From: Marsupella aquatica
Taxonomy: Eukaryota; Plantae; Marchantiophyta
NCBI GenBank assembly: GCA_973895155.1
Contig: OZ316898.1
Span: 10,320,286-10,384,285 of the forward strand
DNA: 64,000 bases
Direction: 5' to 3'
Position numbers and translations under genes: made by a program. The notes below the pieces were generated by a model. That model saw nothing but the letters and a program-made list of their open reading frames with translations, was not told where the DNA came from and made no database searches. Positions 1 through 13,800 of this stretch are shown one piece after another; the stretch's first letter is position 1; every line of letters begins with the position of its first letter.

Positions 1-2594
1 GGCATCAGATGGCCGAAGATCTAAGGACACCATCTTCTGAGACCCATCGTCAATCTGTAGCACAATGACAGTACTTAGAAGCGCAACACATTTAAGCACC
101 AACACAAGAAGCGAGAAACCCGGCCCAATAATGAGAGAAAATGGATGTAACGACACAACTCTGGACGATCATATTCACCTTGCTTAGATATACTCGGGCA
201 TAGTAAGCTTCATGTACTCTCCGGGTTACCCGCACAAGCTTCGCCTGGAGTAAAAGGATGGTCATTTGTTAGTCAGATAGAGTCGACAATCAGACCAGCC
301 CACACATATGCCTCCATCGCGAAGGGACTGAAGAACGACAACAGATAAATCTCCGTCAACCCACAAGAAACAATGCGAACGAATTACCTGATACCCCATC
401 AATTCGAGCATGTCCCGCATAACTTGATAGACGGTTGGACGGGCCTGTCATACACAACAGGGAAATGGCTCTCGTCAGCGACATCCAAATCCACTTCTCA
501 CGACCACCCACAATCACTGTCTCTCTCCCCCGTGCCGGCAAATAAGTGTATTTACTTCAGAATCTATCAATCAATTTCTCTCAATTACATTGTTGAAGGG
601 TGATGGTACGACAAACGCTGACGAGTCAGTACAGAAGTCTCTACAGAGATACATAACTACCTGTGAGTCTACATCATGAGGTCACACAAAAGATCAAAAA
701 AGTACACTGAGAACTCTAGAACGACGAGAACCGTCCCATTCCTGATCCCTAGTCCACACCACAAACCGTCCTAACTCCGGTAGAAAGATGTGGGAACTTA
801 CAACTTGGACCTGGCGGACAGCCTCCATGAGCATTGTGCTTGGTAGTTCCACTGCCAAGCGCAAGAATTCGACCGTCAGAACAAACCCTCTGTATCACTA
901 CAATGACTTTCTGGGAAAATGAAAATAGCCTCACGAGTGAATCACAAAAGGCAAGAGTCTCGCAATTGCACACAGCGACAGAGCCTCGTTGCGATGGTCA
1001 AGCTTGAAAAGAAAGCAAACTTCAAATCATATGCCAACGGGGAAAAGATCGCTACTCACAAACAATGATGGGCAGCAATAAATCACTGCCGTCCTCCATC
1101 TTAAGTACAATGGCGGGCTGTGGGGCATAGTCTGGAAGGTGTCCTCCATCTGGGTTATTGTGGACACACTTCACAAACCTCCCATCCCGCATTTTTATGA
1201 GAAATCCATCTGAGCCGCTCTTAACTTCCACTGCACACGGCCAACAGTCAACCGTCTAAGAAATCAGCACGTACCCACTTTTCCCGAACACATTCAGCTC
1301 ACTATCGACTCAGGCAGTAAGGAAGCAGCTGAACTATTCAATCGGAACAAGCACCTCCGCAGCTAGCCAATGAAAAGTCGACAAATTTGGACACCGCTTC
1401 TCCGGTGACCCGTTCTGTTCACCAACTCGCTCTAGCAAAGAAATCAAGGACCCTCCTTGACCAATCCTCAGGGCTAACTGCCAAACACCATTTACTTACG
1501 ACAAAACTCTGTGACTGAGCCAATTTCTGCATCAACTACAGTAGGTTGTAGCACCGAAGCGACAGATACGACACTGGACACGCGCAAGAATGAAAAGGAA
1601 AGGCAAAGCAACGACAGAAACCAATTGAGACATACAACAAAAATTCGATGAAGGGAAAATACAACAGAAGACAAGCAGGCTCAAGCCCTCCGGTTACCGC
1701 ATTGCGGTAATTCTGAGACCGACCAGAAACTCGGCTTGGAAACTGGACAGCAAGATCGACTGAGAGTAAGAAAGCCGCCGTGCTTATCAGCAGTGCTCCC
1801 AGAGTAACGAAGTAATGACATGAGTTAATGGTGACCAGCCCTTGAGTTATCGGCAAAAATTGTCAGGGAAAGCTACAAAATCGTTTCTATTTCAATAGAA
1901 ACAACGCTAATCATTCCAACTCAATTGCGCGTGATCTGGACTCGCTAATAGCCACGAGAGTTGGCACCCTGTGCTCTAGCCCGAGCGAATGCGGAACGCT
2001 ATGAGAAGTTTCATCGCACAATTAAGAACTTCAGAAGAGACTAGTTGCAGGAGATTGAAAGCGAAGAAGGTCGTCTCGCAAAACGAGCTTCCAACCAGGA
2101 AGCCACACATACATACAAAGGAAATTTCCCCGCAACCATTATCATGTTGAGCCCTCGGAACGGCATCCAACATCCCAGTATGTAGTGAACGTCATCCTCC
2201 AACTCAATTTCCAAACTATCAAAACCTGCAAAAATTAAGAAGACTCCCTGCCAGAATCAAGAGGCGAGAGAGACAAGTCAGTAACCTCGTTCTTACCAGC
2301 TTCAATAATGCTAGAGTCGACGTAATCTTCGTCCCGTTCGCTGAAACCCTCTGCAGTACTACCATTGTTATTGAATGACATACTCGATTGGCACTGTTGG
2401 GACGCCCCTCGTTGATTGTCCCTCGTCTCCCATCGCAATGATCCAGGCTGCTGTTGCAGCAGCCGCCTCTTTGCTATTGCACCGCCTAGTGGCTGCTTGT
2501 ACAAGACCCTGAAGGGCGCTACCTTACGGCCTGGCTGTTGTGGCGTGAACAGCTGCGGTGCAGGTGCCACTGCCCCTTGTAATAGGACCGCCAT
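1..2594 (-). CDS. BBD1: Bifunctional nuclease (DUF151 family, BBD1-like); 3' end lies outside the window
   Basis: GT-AG exons 2594-2297, 1230-1060, 851-802, 444-388, 244-179, 54-<1 splice in frame to ...NGSTAEGFSERDEDYVDSSIIEA|VEVKSGSDGFLIKMRDGRFVKCVHNNPDGGHLPDYAPQPAIVLKMEDGSDLLLPIIV|LELPSTMLMEAVRQVQV|ARPTVYQVMRDMLELMGYQ|AKLVRVTRRVHEAYYARVYLSK|IDDGSQKMVSLDLRPSDA, matching recalled Arabidopsis BBD1/BBD2. Confidence 0.93.
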
Positions 2595-2985
2595 GGCTAC
2601 AATTGCTGTTTATTGCCTTGATCACGCTCACAATTGCAACCGCCCGCGCACTCCCCGGCTCCCTTCCCCAATTGAGAGGGCAAGGGCTAGAAACGTGACA
2701 CCAAAACTCCAACCCGCCCCTATGTGCCAACAGGCGATACCTCAATTACTCTCTCTCTCTCTCTCTCTCTCGCGTCACGGAGAGTGTAAAGCACTCGAAC
2801 CCAATAAAAAGGAAAGAATCTCTATACAATAATTCCGTGTCTGCCCCTAAAATCGACCTCCCCCGTCCTCAATTCCTCGTCTTCTGTCGTCAGTATCTCC
2901 TACCGATCCTACTCTCCCCTCGAACCCGATCTGATTCCCGAGACTCTTCGGAGGAGGAGCTAAACAACAACCGCACCACCTCCGA

Positions 2986-2987
<2 letters not shown>

Positions 2988-3031
<44 letters not shown>
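2988..3031. repeat. (CT)n/(GA)n microsatellite in the BBD1 5' region; a shorter tract lies at ~2749-2770
   Basis: Dinucleotide run visible directly. Confidence 0.95.
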
Positions 3032-3034
<3 letters not shown>

Positions 3035-3789
3035 CTCAATTCACCCACAAAACTGGGCCTACGGAAATCGAGTGCGTGCGGACGAGCGTGCACAATTGCG
3101 GAAGGCGCAGGCGAGGGAGGCGATACGGTACTCGATCCGATGCGTTGCGTTGCGTTGCGTTGAGAGGCGTAGTACTCGTGCAATGCGAGAAAGTAATGAT
3201 AAATCTACGGAGGACAAGAGCAGAGTGGATTGGAGTGGAGAGAAGATGCTCGAGAGATGGAGCGAGCAGAGTAAATTGGAAGGGAGGGAAGGGCTCGAGA
3301 GATGGAGCGAGCGAGCCGATCCAGTCCTCTGATTCGATCCGATCAGCCTAGAGGAAAAAGCAGGAACAGGGAACGGGACCGAGAGGCAGATGAGCAGGAG
3401 AGGAGAATCCGAGAATGGGACGAGCAGTCGTCACTCACAATTCATTGACACTGCGAGACCACACTCGGACGACGACGAAGACGACGACGCGGCGGAGGCA
3501 AGAGGCAAGAGGCAAGAGCCAAGCTGCCGGAGAAAGGCTCCGTCCCTCCCTCCCCCTCCTCCTTCGCCGGCCGGCGAAGGCCGCTGCACTGGATAAAACC
3601 AGGTTGCTGGCGGCGACGGGCAGCGCGGGCAGGCACAGTTGGGCGGGCAGGGTAGCGCCCCAAACCAACAAAAAACAGCGTGATAAGTAGGAAAATCAAA
3701 AATAATCGGGTTTATCATGGTATGAGAAATTTGGTTGGTTCTTGATGATGTTTCTTTTCGTCAAAATCTCAAAGCAGACTCGTCCAACA

Positions 3790-4075
3790 GGATAGACCTT
3801 GTGCTCTGGACCTGGACCATGCTGTTTTATGTAGGGTAGTCACAAGGGGACGATACCCAATTGTCCCACATGGATCTCAACAAGAAGCCAGAGAGGGTTG
3901 AAGGCCCCCAAAGCAGACCAGTCAGTTAGGGGCTGAGGAGAAACTAATATTCCCACCATTATATCCCACTGACACATACATACCATCCACTCCCCTTGCG
4001 TGTGGAGTGGGGGATTGAATCTGGGACCTCTTGGTTCTAGGTTCGTCCCCTGGTCAACTGACCTAGACCAGATTG
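3790..4075 (-). mobile_element. Possible degenerate tRNA-derived SINE
   Basis: Minus strand reads TAGGTCAGTTGACC (A-box-like) ... GAGGTCCCAGATTCAATCCCCC (B-box/T-loop-like), followed by a non-tRNA body; ends not defined. Confidence 0.35.
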
Positions 4076-4486
4076 GTTGGGTCTAGGTGGTCACTCCCTG
4101 ATTTATTGGGTTTTTACTCTTTTTTATGAGTAATGTGTTCCATTCAAGAAAAATAATAATAATTGGGTTTATCATGGTATGGGAAATTTGAGGCGGGTTG
4201 GCAATGTTGGGAGGGTAGGATACTTAGAGCCAAAAGAAAGATATTTACATTACTTGATGGACCCTAAGAGAAAGTTTTCTCTCCAACCAACCTAATGAGA
4301 TTTTGGGTACATTAATTAGGGGTCTCAATGCTTCAAAGCCGGGGAATATGACTTTTGGCCAGAAATAGCTTCTTGCAGGGTTATGTAAAAGTATTGGATT
4401 TCTTTTGTTTCACTGGACATACAATGACTTATGGTCATGGCATATGACCACTCTTTATAACAAACAACTTACAGCTTTTGATTACT

Positions 4487-4682
4487 TTGCCACTAAAGAT
4501 GTTCTAATTCATAATACTGTCACTGTTTTTTCTGTATTTATAAAAATGCCACTATTTTGTATACGGATAACAAGTTTACCAAGGTAACTAGGAGAATTAT
4601 ATATGAAAACCATGACATTTTTGTAAATACAAACAAAATAATGGCAATATTGTAAACTCAAACATCTTTACAATAGTGGCAA
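4487..4682. mobile_element. AT-rich foldback/MITE with ~80-bp imperfect inverted arms
   Basis: Left arm TTGCCACTA-AAGATGTT...TGTATTTATAAAAATGCCA pairs with the reverse complement of right arm TGACATTTTTGTAAATACA...AACATCTTTACAATAGTGGCAA. Confidence 0.65.
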
Positions 4683-5858
4683 TGAATCTGGTAGTCCAGA
4701 GTTGTGCTATCCTTAACCTTAATTAGTTCGTGGACCCCTTGGCTAATAAAATCAGGGGGAAGAGCCAATCTGAGCCGTCTCCATTTCTTATCTCCGGAAA
4801 TCTCGTCCGTCCATCATAATGGCCAATCTATGGCTCAAAAGAAAGATCTCAAATAGATCTATGGATGGGTTCTGTCCGTTTTGCAAATGGGTTAATATTT
4901 TTCAAATGAAAAATTAAACAAATCCAAGCCTTCCTAGCCGTCAATTTTGTTGATTTTACGATCTTTGCCGTCCATTTTGTAATGCCTCTAGAAATCTTAT
5001 TTATCCATGTTAGAAGGCGATCTAGGGTGCAAAAGAAAGATCTCAATGAGATCTATGACTGGGTATTTTTGTTTTGAGAATGAGTGTATAGTTTTGAGTA
5101 TAAAATTCGATGAACTTTCAAGATTCCAGCCATTCTTCCTCCGACCCCAATCCTGGGTTTCTATGTGCTCTTCCCAGCATTAATGACCGTACAATACGAG
5201 AGGTCCTTACATACCGGGAGTTGCGGTTTAACAAGGAAGTTATCAAGTTAGTTATTAGTCATATATTATTTATTATATGAAAAATACTTTTTATAAATCT
5301 TTGAATTTAAGTTTTAAAATTGGAAATGTAACTAAAATGGTTACATAGTGACAGTTTTAACCGTCTTGCTCTTTGCATTTCCAATGTTTTTACTTTTCTT
5401 TTTACAGCATGGCGTCCCAAAATTTACACCCTAATTGACACAAACACGAATGAAAACTATAAATTTGATTCACAAAACCGACGAGTCTTGTTTGTTGCGG
5501 TTGTTGTTGACGTGGCACGCTGTGGTGCCAGAAATTTTGGAAGGGACCTCTAGTGGGGTCCATAATTAGTTACTAAGTTAAAGTCCATCATATTTTGAGG
5601 TATGAGACAAGGACATATTTAAAGGAAAAGATATAGAGGAATTTTTCAATAGTGAATAAAAGGCGTGTTCTAAAATTATCCACAATATAAATGAGTAAAT
5701 GTCTGACTGGACATGGCTCAAACCCACTGGATCCATTTTCATACATGTGGGTCACTTGTACAGAAATCCCTTGTGTAATTTATTTACTTATTTCTGTCTC
5801 GGATGGTTGTGAGCCTTTCCCTGCCAGCCTGATCATTCAGCACAATAGACAACCTTAG

Positions 5859-6433
5859 CCCGGTTTGAACTTGTCGGACAAATAGGGCCTCTAGGGTCCG
5901 ACAAATGACATATGTCGCCCCGGTTTATCCCGGCTGGGTGACAGGTCGGGCCGCAGGGTGGCGGGTTGGGCCGGGGGTAGGGTCGGGGGGTTGGTCAGGT
6001 GGCTGGGTGGGTCAGTTGGGTCGGGTCGGGGGGTTGGTTGGGCGGGCGGGCACGCCAGGCCCCGGAACAAAGCGAGTCCAGACAAAGCGGAGCCAGGACA
6101 ACGCGAGCCAGGCGGGGAGCCGGGAAGGGCCGGTTGGGACAAGGCAAGCCCAGCCGGGGCTGGGACATAGCTGGCCAGTCAGCAGAGCGGGCGGCGGGGA
6201 AGGGATGGACGGGCCAGGAAGGGGTGGTCGGGCCGGGGAGGGGCATCCGGCCGGGAAGGGGTGGCCAGGGAGGGGCGGGAGGGGCAGGAGGGTTCGGGAG
6301 AGTCCAGGACCGGGCCGGGGGGATGGTTCGGGAAATTTTGGTCCTGGCCGGGGAATATAGAGGAATATCCGACATATGACCAATTTTTGATCCGACAAGT
6401 TGTCATTTGTCATGTCCAACAGTGAAAACTGGG
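5859..6433. mobile_element. Non-autonomous hAT-like element, older copy, GC/G-run-rich interior
   Basis: Starts CCCGGTTTGA and ends AAAACTGGG (degenerate TIR); right end GGAATATCCGAC...ATTTTTGA resembles the 9455-10067 element; flanks AACCTTAG/ACCTTGAG match only partly. Confidence 0.6.
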
Positions 6434-9400
6434 ACCTTGAGACTCATTATGAGTCTCCCATACTTTACTGCGCACACCTGCTGCCCAATGCCTACAAATT
6501 TTTTATAAGTGTAACTAGGTATTAAATGAGATGAATGTTAAAAGGGATTTTGCACAAGCAGTTTCAAATCTAAGACATGCTCTGCCCCATTGACATGCTC
6601 TACCATGGAACATGGGGTCAGTTGATGATTCCATTGACTCCCGGCTCATATTTAACCTGATATCAGAGGCAGGCACAGGTGGGCATCTGGTAGATACATG
6701 CTAATCTGCATTGATTAGATTTGATCTTGCCTTCTTAGCATGTGGCCTAGGGGTTATGAGATTTTGACCCCTTTGGTTACCCCATCTGAAAGGTTATCCA
6801 ATGTTCCCGTGCAATTTTCAGGTCATATATAGAATCAAACTACACTTGAAAGTTATGCTTGTTAACACATGGCTGCTCAGGAGCCATGGCTATAAACCGT
6901 TTGGCCTCACGAGCCTTGGGGAGTAGATCCTAATCCCCTTGGGGCATGGGTTACCCTGCACTTAATGCATTTCATGATTTTTTCCTTTGTATTTTTCAGG
7001 GCATTATGGGAAAATTCTTTGCTAATTGTATAAAAATTTAGTAAAAGTAAGTCTTTCAGGTCGTTAAGTATCTTAAAGTCATGTTCCTCGAGCATTACGA
7101 ACAATAATAGACTCTCAAAATTGGAACTGGAGTTCTCACTGCAGTATATCCGAGATCGAGAATGCATTACTACTATGTGCTGAAAGCAAGAAATGATGAA
7201 CCTTGTACAATTATGGCGCCAACATATTATTTTCCCGGGCGGGGTGCAAGTTTCCACCGGGGCAAAGCGCTGCACCCAATTCGGCAGGCTTTTCAGTCCG
7301 GGCAGTTTGCCCCACCCCAATTTGGCAGGATTTTCGAGTCCGGCCAGCAGGCAACAAATGGAAAAAAGGTTCCCCAGCGATTCGACACAGATACCAGGTC
7401 AATCAACGGGGCCCTTCCACATCGTACCTTTTTATCCGTTCTTGCCTCAAATCTGCCGAGATTCCACTTTTGGTCGTACGGGCAGTCGAGTCCACAGGCA
7501 GGCCAGGAGACGGCCGTCGACTTACAGTCCAGAAACTTTATATGGGGGCAGGCCAGGATACGGGCAGCGGCGCTGTCTGAAACTCTTGATCCCAGAATTC
7601 GATTGGTTGAAAGAAAATTGCCCACCGAATTATTTTCCCGCCGCGAAAACATCTGTGACGGGCAGGCCTTCGATTGGGTAAATTCGTTCCCGGAATTTTC
7701 TGCTGAGCCCGAGTAATGACAGAATTTGGGTTCGGGTTGCGGTCTGTGCCTCTGTGGGGCCAACTTGTAGGTGTGGTACGGATAGAGAGACCACGGGAAT
7801 ATTTGACCGTCGATCGTGCTACATAAATCGTAATCGACGATGATGTGAAGGCCAGAGCTCGGCCTCGAGAGCAAGTGGATATTAGCAAGTGGATATTGCC
7901 GAGTACCCGAGTAAATTAATTGGATAGGTCCTACGTGTCCGTGCGTTACCTTTCGATTTTGTCATATTCTTCTTCTTGCCAAGTAAGGTACTTTGTTCAC
8001 CGGTAATTAGTATGAAATTAAATTTCGCTGAAAGTGACTTTAAGTCCAAAGAACCCTAATCTTTGTCCATTTTTCAGGATAGTTTCCCACTTTTGTTGAA
8101 TTGCTAGTAAATATGTATAATCTTTAGTCCAAAGTAACTCCATTTCTTGTGTAGCTTTCAAAATCAATTTGCTCATTCTATTTTTCCACTCTCCAGACCA
8201 CAATAATACTAATTCATGTGCATGGAAAGAGTGTTAGCACAAAATTAGTGTGACTAGCAATAATTTGGGGGTAGACCCTGAAAATTGGCACTCTTGAGTT
8301 AGTGTTGGTTTAGGGTTTAGTGTACTTTTCATCTATGATAGCCCAATAACCATGTGTTTCTCAGAGTATGTCGAGCCCAGACAAATTTCAAGGCGACACA
8401 AGCAAGTTAAGGTCAGATAAAGAAATACAAGTGATGCACCAAATTTAGAGAAACAAATGCCAAACAGGCATTTCATGTGTCATTGCAGCCATGTTGTCAT
8501 CATGGTCATGGGGTCTTTCCAGTGCCCGGGTTTGCACAATTGTCATTGCAGTATGTGGTTATATCAATGCTCGGATTTGCACAATTGTTGTTGTGTTTGT
8601 ATTGTTGTTATGGCTATGTGGAGGGAGGAAGTTTCTCCATGTCCCTCCTTTTCTCTCCCTTTCCTCTTGTTTTGCTCTGACTTGCTCCCTCCCTTGCTCC
8701 CCCCAACCTTTTCTTCCATCCAACATGATTGAAATAAGAGAAAAATAATTCAACCAAGAGGAAAAAAGGAAATTTAACTTCTCTATAGCAGAGAGCTAAA
8801 AATATATATAATATCAATGTATTTCTCATCTAGGCCAAAAACATCGCTAATACCAATGTACTTATACTCTGCTTATAAGCTCCTATAATGGTGAATATAT
8901 CTTTTTAGATTTTGTCTTATTCAGATTTTCTGTCCAATGTTTTTATTTTAATGTGCCCTAACAAGGTGAATTATATGTATTAAGTTGATTTTGAATTAAC
9001 TTTTGGATCTTTTTAAATTTTAGTGAACTTAAAGTATTTTGAATGTATTTGGCTTCTCTCATAAATGTTTAATCCTTCATTTTAAATCACTCTTTAATGA
9101 ATTCTTTTTTTTCTCATGAGAGTGGGAGAAATGAATTTGAACAATGTGCACATTTGGTATACTAAATTCCCCTTGTGGTTTTAATCAAGTTGATTGTCAT
9201 CACTAGAAGCAAATGAAAATGTGTACTGTGTGTGCACAACTCTTTAGTACCTTGGTACTTTCTTGATTATAATATGTTTTTGTTTGCATGTGTACTTATG
9301 TTTTTGTGAGTTATGTCACTCACTCTTAATTAACAGACATTAATTTTTTAGTATATACTTTACATGTACCTAGCTACTTCTTTTATCATAAAATGAATTA

Positions 9401-9454
9401 TATATCACTACAAGACAAAAAGAGGCATGTTCCAGTATGAACATGCTATATATC

Positions 9455-10067
9455 CCCGGTTTGACCTTGCCCGTCAAACTGGCCGAAAATCATCGGCAAA
9501 TCGGCAACCCGGCACTCGGGTTCGGGAGCAGTCCGGGCCAGGACAAGTTCGGGAGACGTTCGGGCCGGGTCCGGGCCGGGTTCGGGCGAGGTTTGGGGGA
9601 GGTCGGGGGAGTTTGGGGGAGTTCGGGCGAGGGGGAGTTTGGGCCGGGTTCGGGGGAGTTCGGGCGAGGTTCCGGGGACCGGGAGTTCAGGGAGGGTGGG
9701 GTGAGTTCGGGCGAGGTTCGGGGGACCGGGAGTTCAGGGTAGGTCGGGGGAGTTCAGGGGAGGGTTGGGGGAGTTCGGGGGAGTTCGGGAAGGGTCCGGG
9801 TTTGGGTCCGGGGGAGTCCGGGACTCTAAACCCCGCCTCCTTCCCCCAGCCCCGACCCCAGACCCGGCCCCGACCGGCTGCCACCCCGAACTGGGGTCCG
9901 AGGGAGTCCGGGTTCGGGTCTGGGGGAGTCCGGGAAGGGTCCGGGTGAGTCCGGGTGAGTTCGGGAGAATATTGTGGAATATCCGTCAAATTGGTCATTT
10001 TTGAGCCATCATTTGACAGTTTGACGTGCCCGGCAAGCCATCAACTTGCCCGTCAGGTTAAACCGGG
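9455..10067. mobile_element. Non-autonomous hAT-family element (MITE)
   Basis: 13-bp TIR CCCGGTTTGACCT / AGGTTAAACCGGG (1 mismatch); exact 8-bp TSD TATATATC at 9447-9454 and 10068-10075; subterminal TTGCCCGTCA repeats. Confidence 0.9.
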
Positions 10068-12499
10068 TATATATCTAAGGGCCAAGGTTCGGCTTTGACA
10101 GAAAGAGGATATTGCCTAGTGCCTGAGTGTAACTTAATTGGATAACGTCCTACATGTTGCTGTATGACCCCTTGTTTGTGTCATGTTCTTGTACTTTTTT
10201 TTCAAGGACGATCGTGTTATCATGTATCCTGTTTTTACTTTCTTGTAAGCCAAACTAGTCCAAATTATTAACTTATTGTCAAAATTCCCAAGTCAGAGGA
10301 GCAAGGGCTGAGGCAACCCAAATCTTGACCGTTATTCTTCTTCAAGAATGCATGCACTGAAATACACAAAGGGAACAAATCAAGAAGGGATGAAGTTTGT
10401 GGATTCATTTGGCATAAGCAGTCAGACTAGACTAATAGAGATGGCATGCAATTGATCTAGGGACACTTGGAAACTCATATTTTGCCCAAGCTAACTTCCC
10501 CTGACCAAAATAAGTGGGGGAAATTAGAAGAACCATAATGCAATTTTGCTTGCACTCAGTAATTGAAACCCATGTTCAGGTGAGAGTGAAAAGGGGTACA
10601 TACCCTGGTCCAGGGTGAAGGTACAGTTGGCGGGTCCCTGGAACAACATTAAATCTGCCTCGGTTCTCTCGCACAGCCTACTGGAAGAGCACCCTGCGTT
10701 TCCTATTTTTGGCATCACCCTCTTCAGTTTTCAGGCCATGCTGCCCCTGCCCCCTCTCAAGTAGTGACTTTTCTTTTACTTTTACATTCACGTTTCCATT
10801 TACACAGACTTTCAAGTGACAGTCGTTGCCGTCACCGGGGGATCGGACTGACCCGTCACTTTTTGTTCTCATGTTTGCTGGTTAGTAATCGAGAGCAGAT
10901 GACAAAGATTACTTTCTTTTGTGGTTTGCGATATGTGTACACAGACCACGTATGAGCGCTCAGATTAGGATTAAACTTTACGTTCAATTTTTTGCCTGTG
11001 TAAGCAAACAACAAACTATTTGTGCAAATCGGGAACTGCGTACGCTGATTTGGCCTTTGCAAAGTGGGCAAAAAATATCGGGATTGGTCTCTCTTCTTTG
11101 TTTTTGCCTGTGCTGTGTAGTGACGAATCTTGAAGCATAGACAGACGCTTGCAACATTGGGCTGAAATTTTGAGTAAAATATGACAGTTTTGGACTCTCC
11201 AATGTACTGCCTCTCTATATCGTATTCAATCTGTATGACATCGCAGAGCTCACCGACTCCAGAATCTTCAATACAAGCCGCTTTGAATTGTTGTGTGAAC
11301 TATGATCATTGTTGCCTGAAGATCAATCCTGGATGTTCAACGAGATTCTTTACATGACTTGATGCAGGGGAAATATGGTTAACTCTTGCCAGTCTAACTC
11401 TGGAAACATGCATGCATTCCTTCTGAATTGTTTGAATGTTTCTTTTGCTAGCACACAGGCAAAGGATTCAGCTGCGTTTTTCAAATGTGACAGCCTCTTT
11501 AAGTTAATTATTGAGAAGATTCCAAATTTTACAAGAGGGAATAATTGTTGAACGTAGATGTTAGGCACAATTACTAGCATGAATGCATTGGTTACCCATT
11601 TGGAAGGTGTGGAATACAACCATGAACTGAGGAAGAAGTTAGTGGCGGACTTTGCAAAGTGGGTCAAAATGTCAGCTATTGTCAAACTATTGCCTCCACG
11701 GAGTCCAAGAAATTTTAACAAACACTCCAAAAAACAGATGCAAGGGAAAATGGTACTACACAAGAGGGATAAGAACATTCAATTACGTTAAGTAAAGTCT
11801 CTAATTTAGAGGGAGCCAGAGGGAGCAAGAGAGTGTAAGGTCATGGCCTGAAAACTAAAGATATGGGTGCAAAAAGGGGAAGACAGGGTGCTCCTTCCGG
11901 TAGGCTGTGGGGGATTCCCGAGGTACAGTTAATGCTGTTCCATGGACTCGTCTAGTTGAATGGTTAGCATGGGAAAATTGTCCTTGTGTTTGCAAACCAA
12001 TAGTGTGCCATGTCTTATAGTCAATTTAAGTGGCTGGCTGATAATTAAGTTAGTTTTGAAGCCAATACAATTTGCTTTTTTGGATAAACCCTGATCATTA
12101 GATTACTTTTGAGAACAAGTCAGTAATTTTGACCATTGTGGGGGTTAGGATAGTTAAAAATGGTGTTCTGTATTGCTCTTGCATTGCGGGGTGGGTTTCC
12201 TGGTCTCCAACTATCCATCCCTGGGTTACAGTTGGTTCAAGATAAGTGAACTACAGTAGTTGGCCAGAACATTGGTCAGCCGTGGTACCTGGCTCCATCC
12301 AGTGGGAGTGGGAGCCAAAAAAGGAGTCAAAATGGGATTTTGGGTGCCGTTCAAACCACAGCTGGAAAGGGACCCTGACTCTAAAAGTAAGTCTCACAAA
12401 AAATATATTAATTTTTTTTAAGATATAGTAAAATGTATACATATGTTGATATATACAAGGCATAACATTGGATACTCTTTCAAAATTTTGAAGCTCCTT

Positions 12500-13800
12500 A
12501 AAAATTACCATAAGCCTCACCAAGCAAATTTGTCACTTGTCCGGTGCAATTCATGTACTCAAGAGATATGTGAGTATGTGACTGAGCATCCAATTCATAG
12601 GCCTAGGCGGGCACCTGGGCATCTAGTGAGCAAATCTCATATTCTACCAATCGTTCTTGAAATATATGGAGATCGAACGGTCAGAAAAAAACTAGGAAAC
12701 TTACATAAGGTAGATTCTTAGCACAGGGTATGATTCAGGAAAATTTTAGAATTCCTGAAATTTTACCTTGGGCCTCACCAAGCTAATTTCTCACTTTGCT
12801 GGTGCATTCCATGGATTAAAGAGATCTTAGAGGAGTTAAATGAGAATCCGGTTCAGAGGCCTGGATTGGCACTTGGGCACCAAGTGAAAGAATCGTAATT
12901 CTACCAATTGCTCCTTAAATCGTCAAAAATAAACTCTACACAACATACACAAGGTAGAACATTTGCTACTCAGGCCAAGCCAGGAAAACATTAAAAAAGA
13001 TACCCTGGGCTCACTCAAACAGATTTTCACTTGTCTGGTGAGGCCGTATGTTTTAGGTACATCACAGTTCTACCAGGCTAGTCAGTTTGCCCATAGGTAG
13101 GCTTTTTGGTTTTGTTCAAGGGTTTCCCCTTATACTCAGAAATAACTCTAAGAAATTCACACAAGGTAATGTAGATTCTTGGCTCAAGGTTGCTACTCTG
13201 GCCAATTTAAAAATCCTGCACCTCAGGAAACAAATTTCCCACATTTGCGGTGCAATTAGTGCATTAAGGCTATCTGTGAGTATTTAATTGGGATTGTGGT
13301 TCATAGCTGGTTGCTACTCTGGCCAATTTAAAAATCCTGCACCTCAGGAAACAAATTTCCCACATTTGCGGTGCAATTAGTGCATTAAGGCTATCTGTGA
13401 GTATTTAATTGGGATTGTGGTTCATAGCTGGTTCTTTTTAGTGGCGAAAATCCTTCAAATTCCATCTCCCTAAAAAGCTTGCTACATTTTTGGCAAAAAT
13501 TAGCTAGTATTTTCTGTCTCATTAAGTTTTTCACTTAAATCACAAGTCATTCTAACCAGAATCTAACAATCATCCTTAAATCTAGGGAGATCGGATGATC
13601 AAGAAAATAATTAAATAAGAAATATTTTGAAGACACTAAACATTCGACACTCTGACTAGAAAGTAAAAACCTTAAAAAAATGCACCAGTTCACAGGCCTG
13701 GGTGGGCACTTGGGCACCCAGCGAAAGATTCTTAAACTCTACCAATTGCTCTTTGAATCTACAGAGATCGAGTGGTCAGAAATGGGGCAGCCAGAGAAGA
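12500..13800. repeat. Degenerate ~250-260-bp repeat array containing an exact 121-bp tandem duplication (13188-13429)
   Basis: CACCAAGC.AATTT..CACTT...GGTGCA...AGGCCT.G..GGCAC.TGGGCA...TCTACCAAT recurs in whole or part at ~12518, 12776, 13017, 13229, 13690; 13188-13308 is identical to 13309-13429. Confidence 0.8.

Noticed and set aside
2837-3718. Many short ORFs upstream of BBD1
   Set aside because: Microsatellite and low-complexity leader/promoter sequence; no conserved uORF recognised
5513-5554. TGGCAC/GTGCCA hairpin followed by CTAGT as a Helitron end
   Set aside because: Only a 6-bp stem, ~19-nt spacing, and no matching 5' end identified
5891-6419. Overlapping Gly/Pro/Arg-rich ORFs on both strands (also 9427-10004 and 7162-7888)
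   Set aside because: Artefacts of GC-rich, stop-poor repeat or transposon interiors; no recognisable protein motifs
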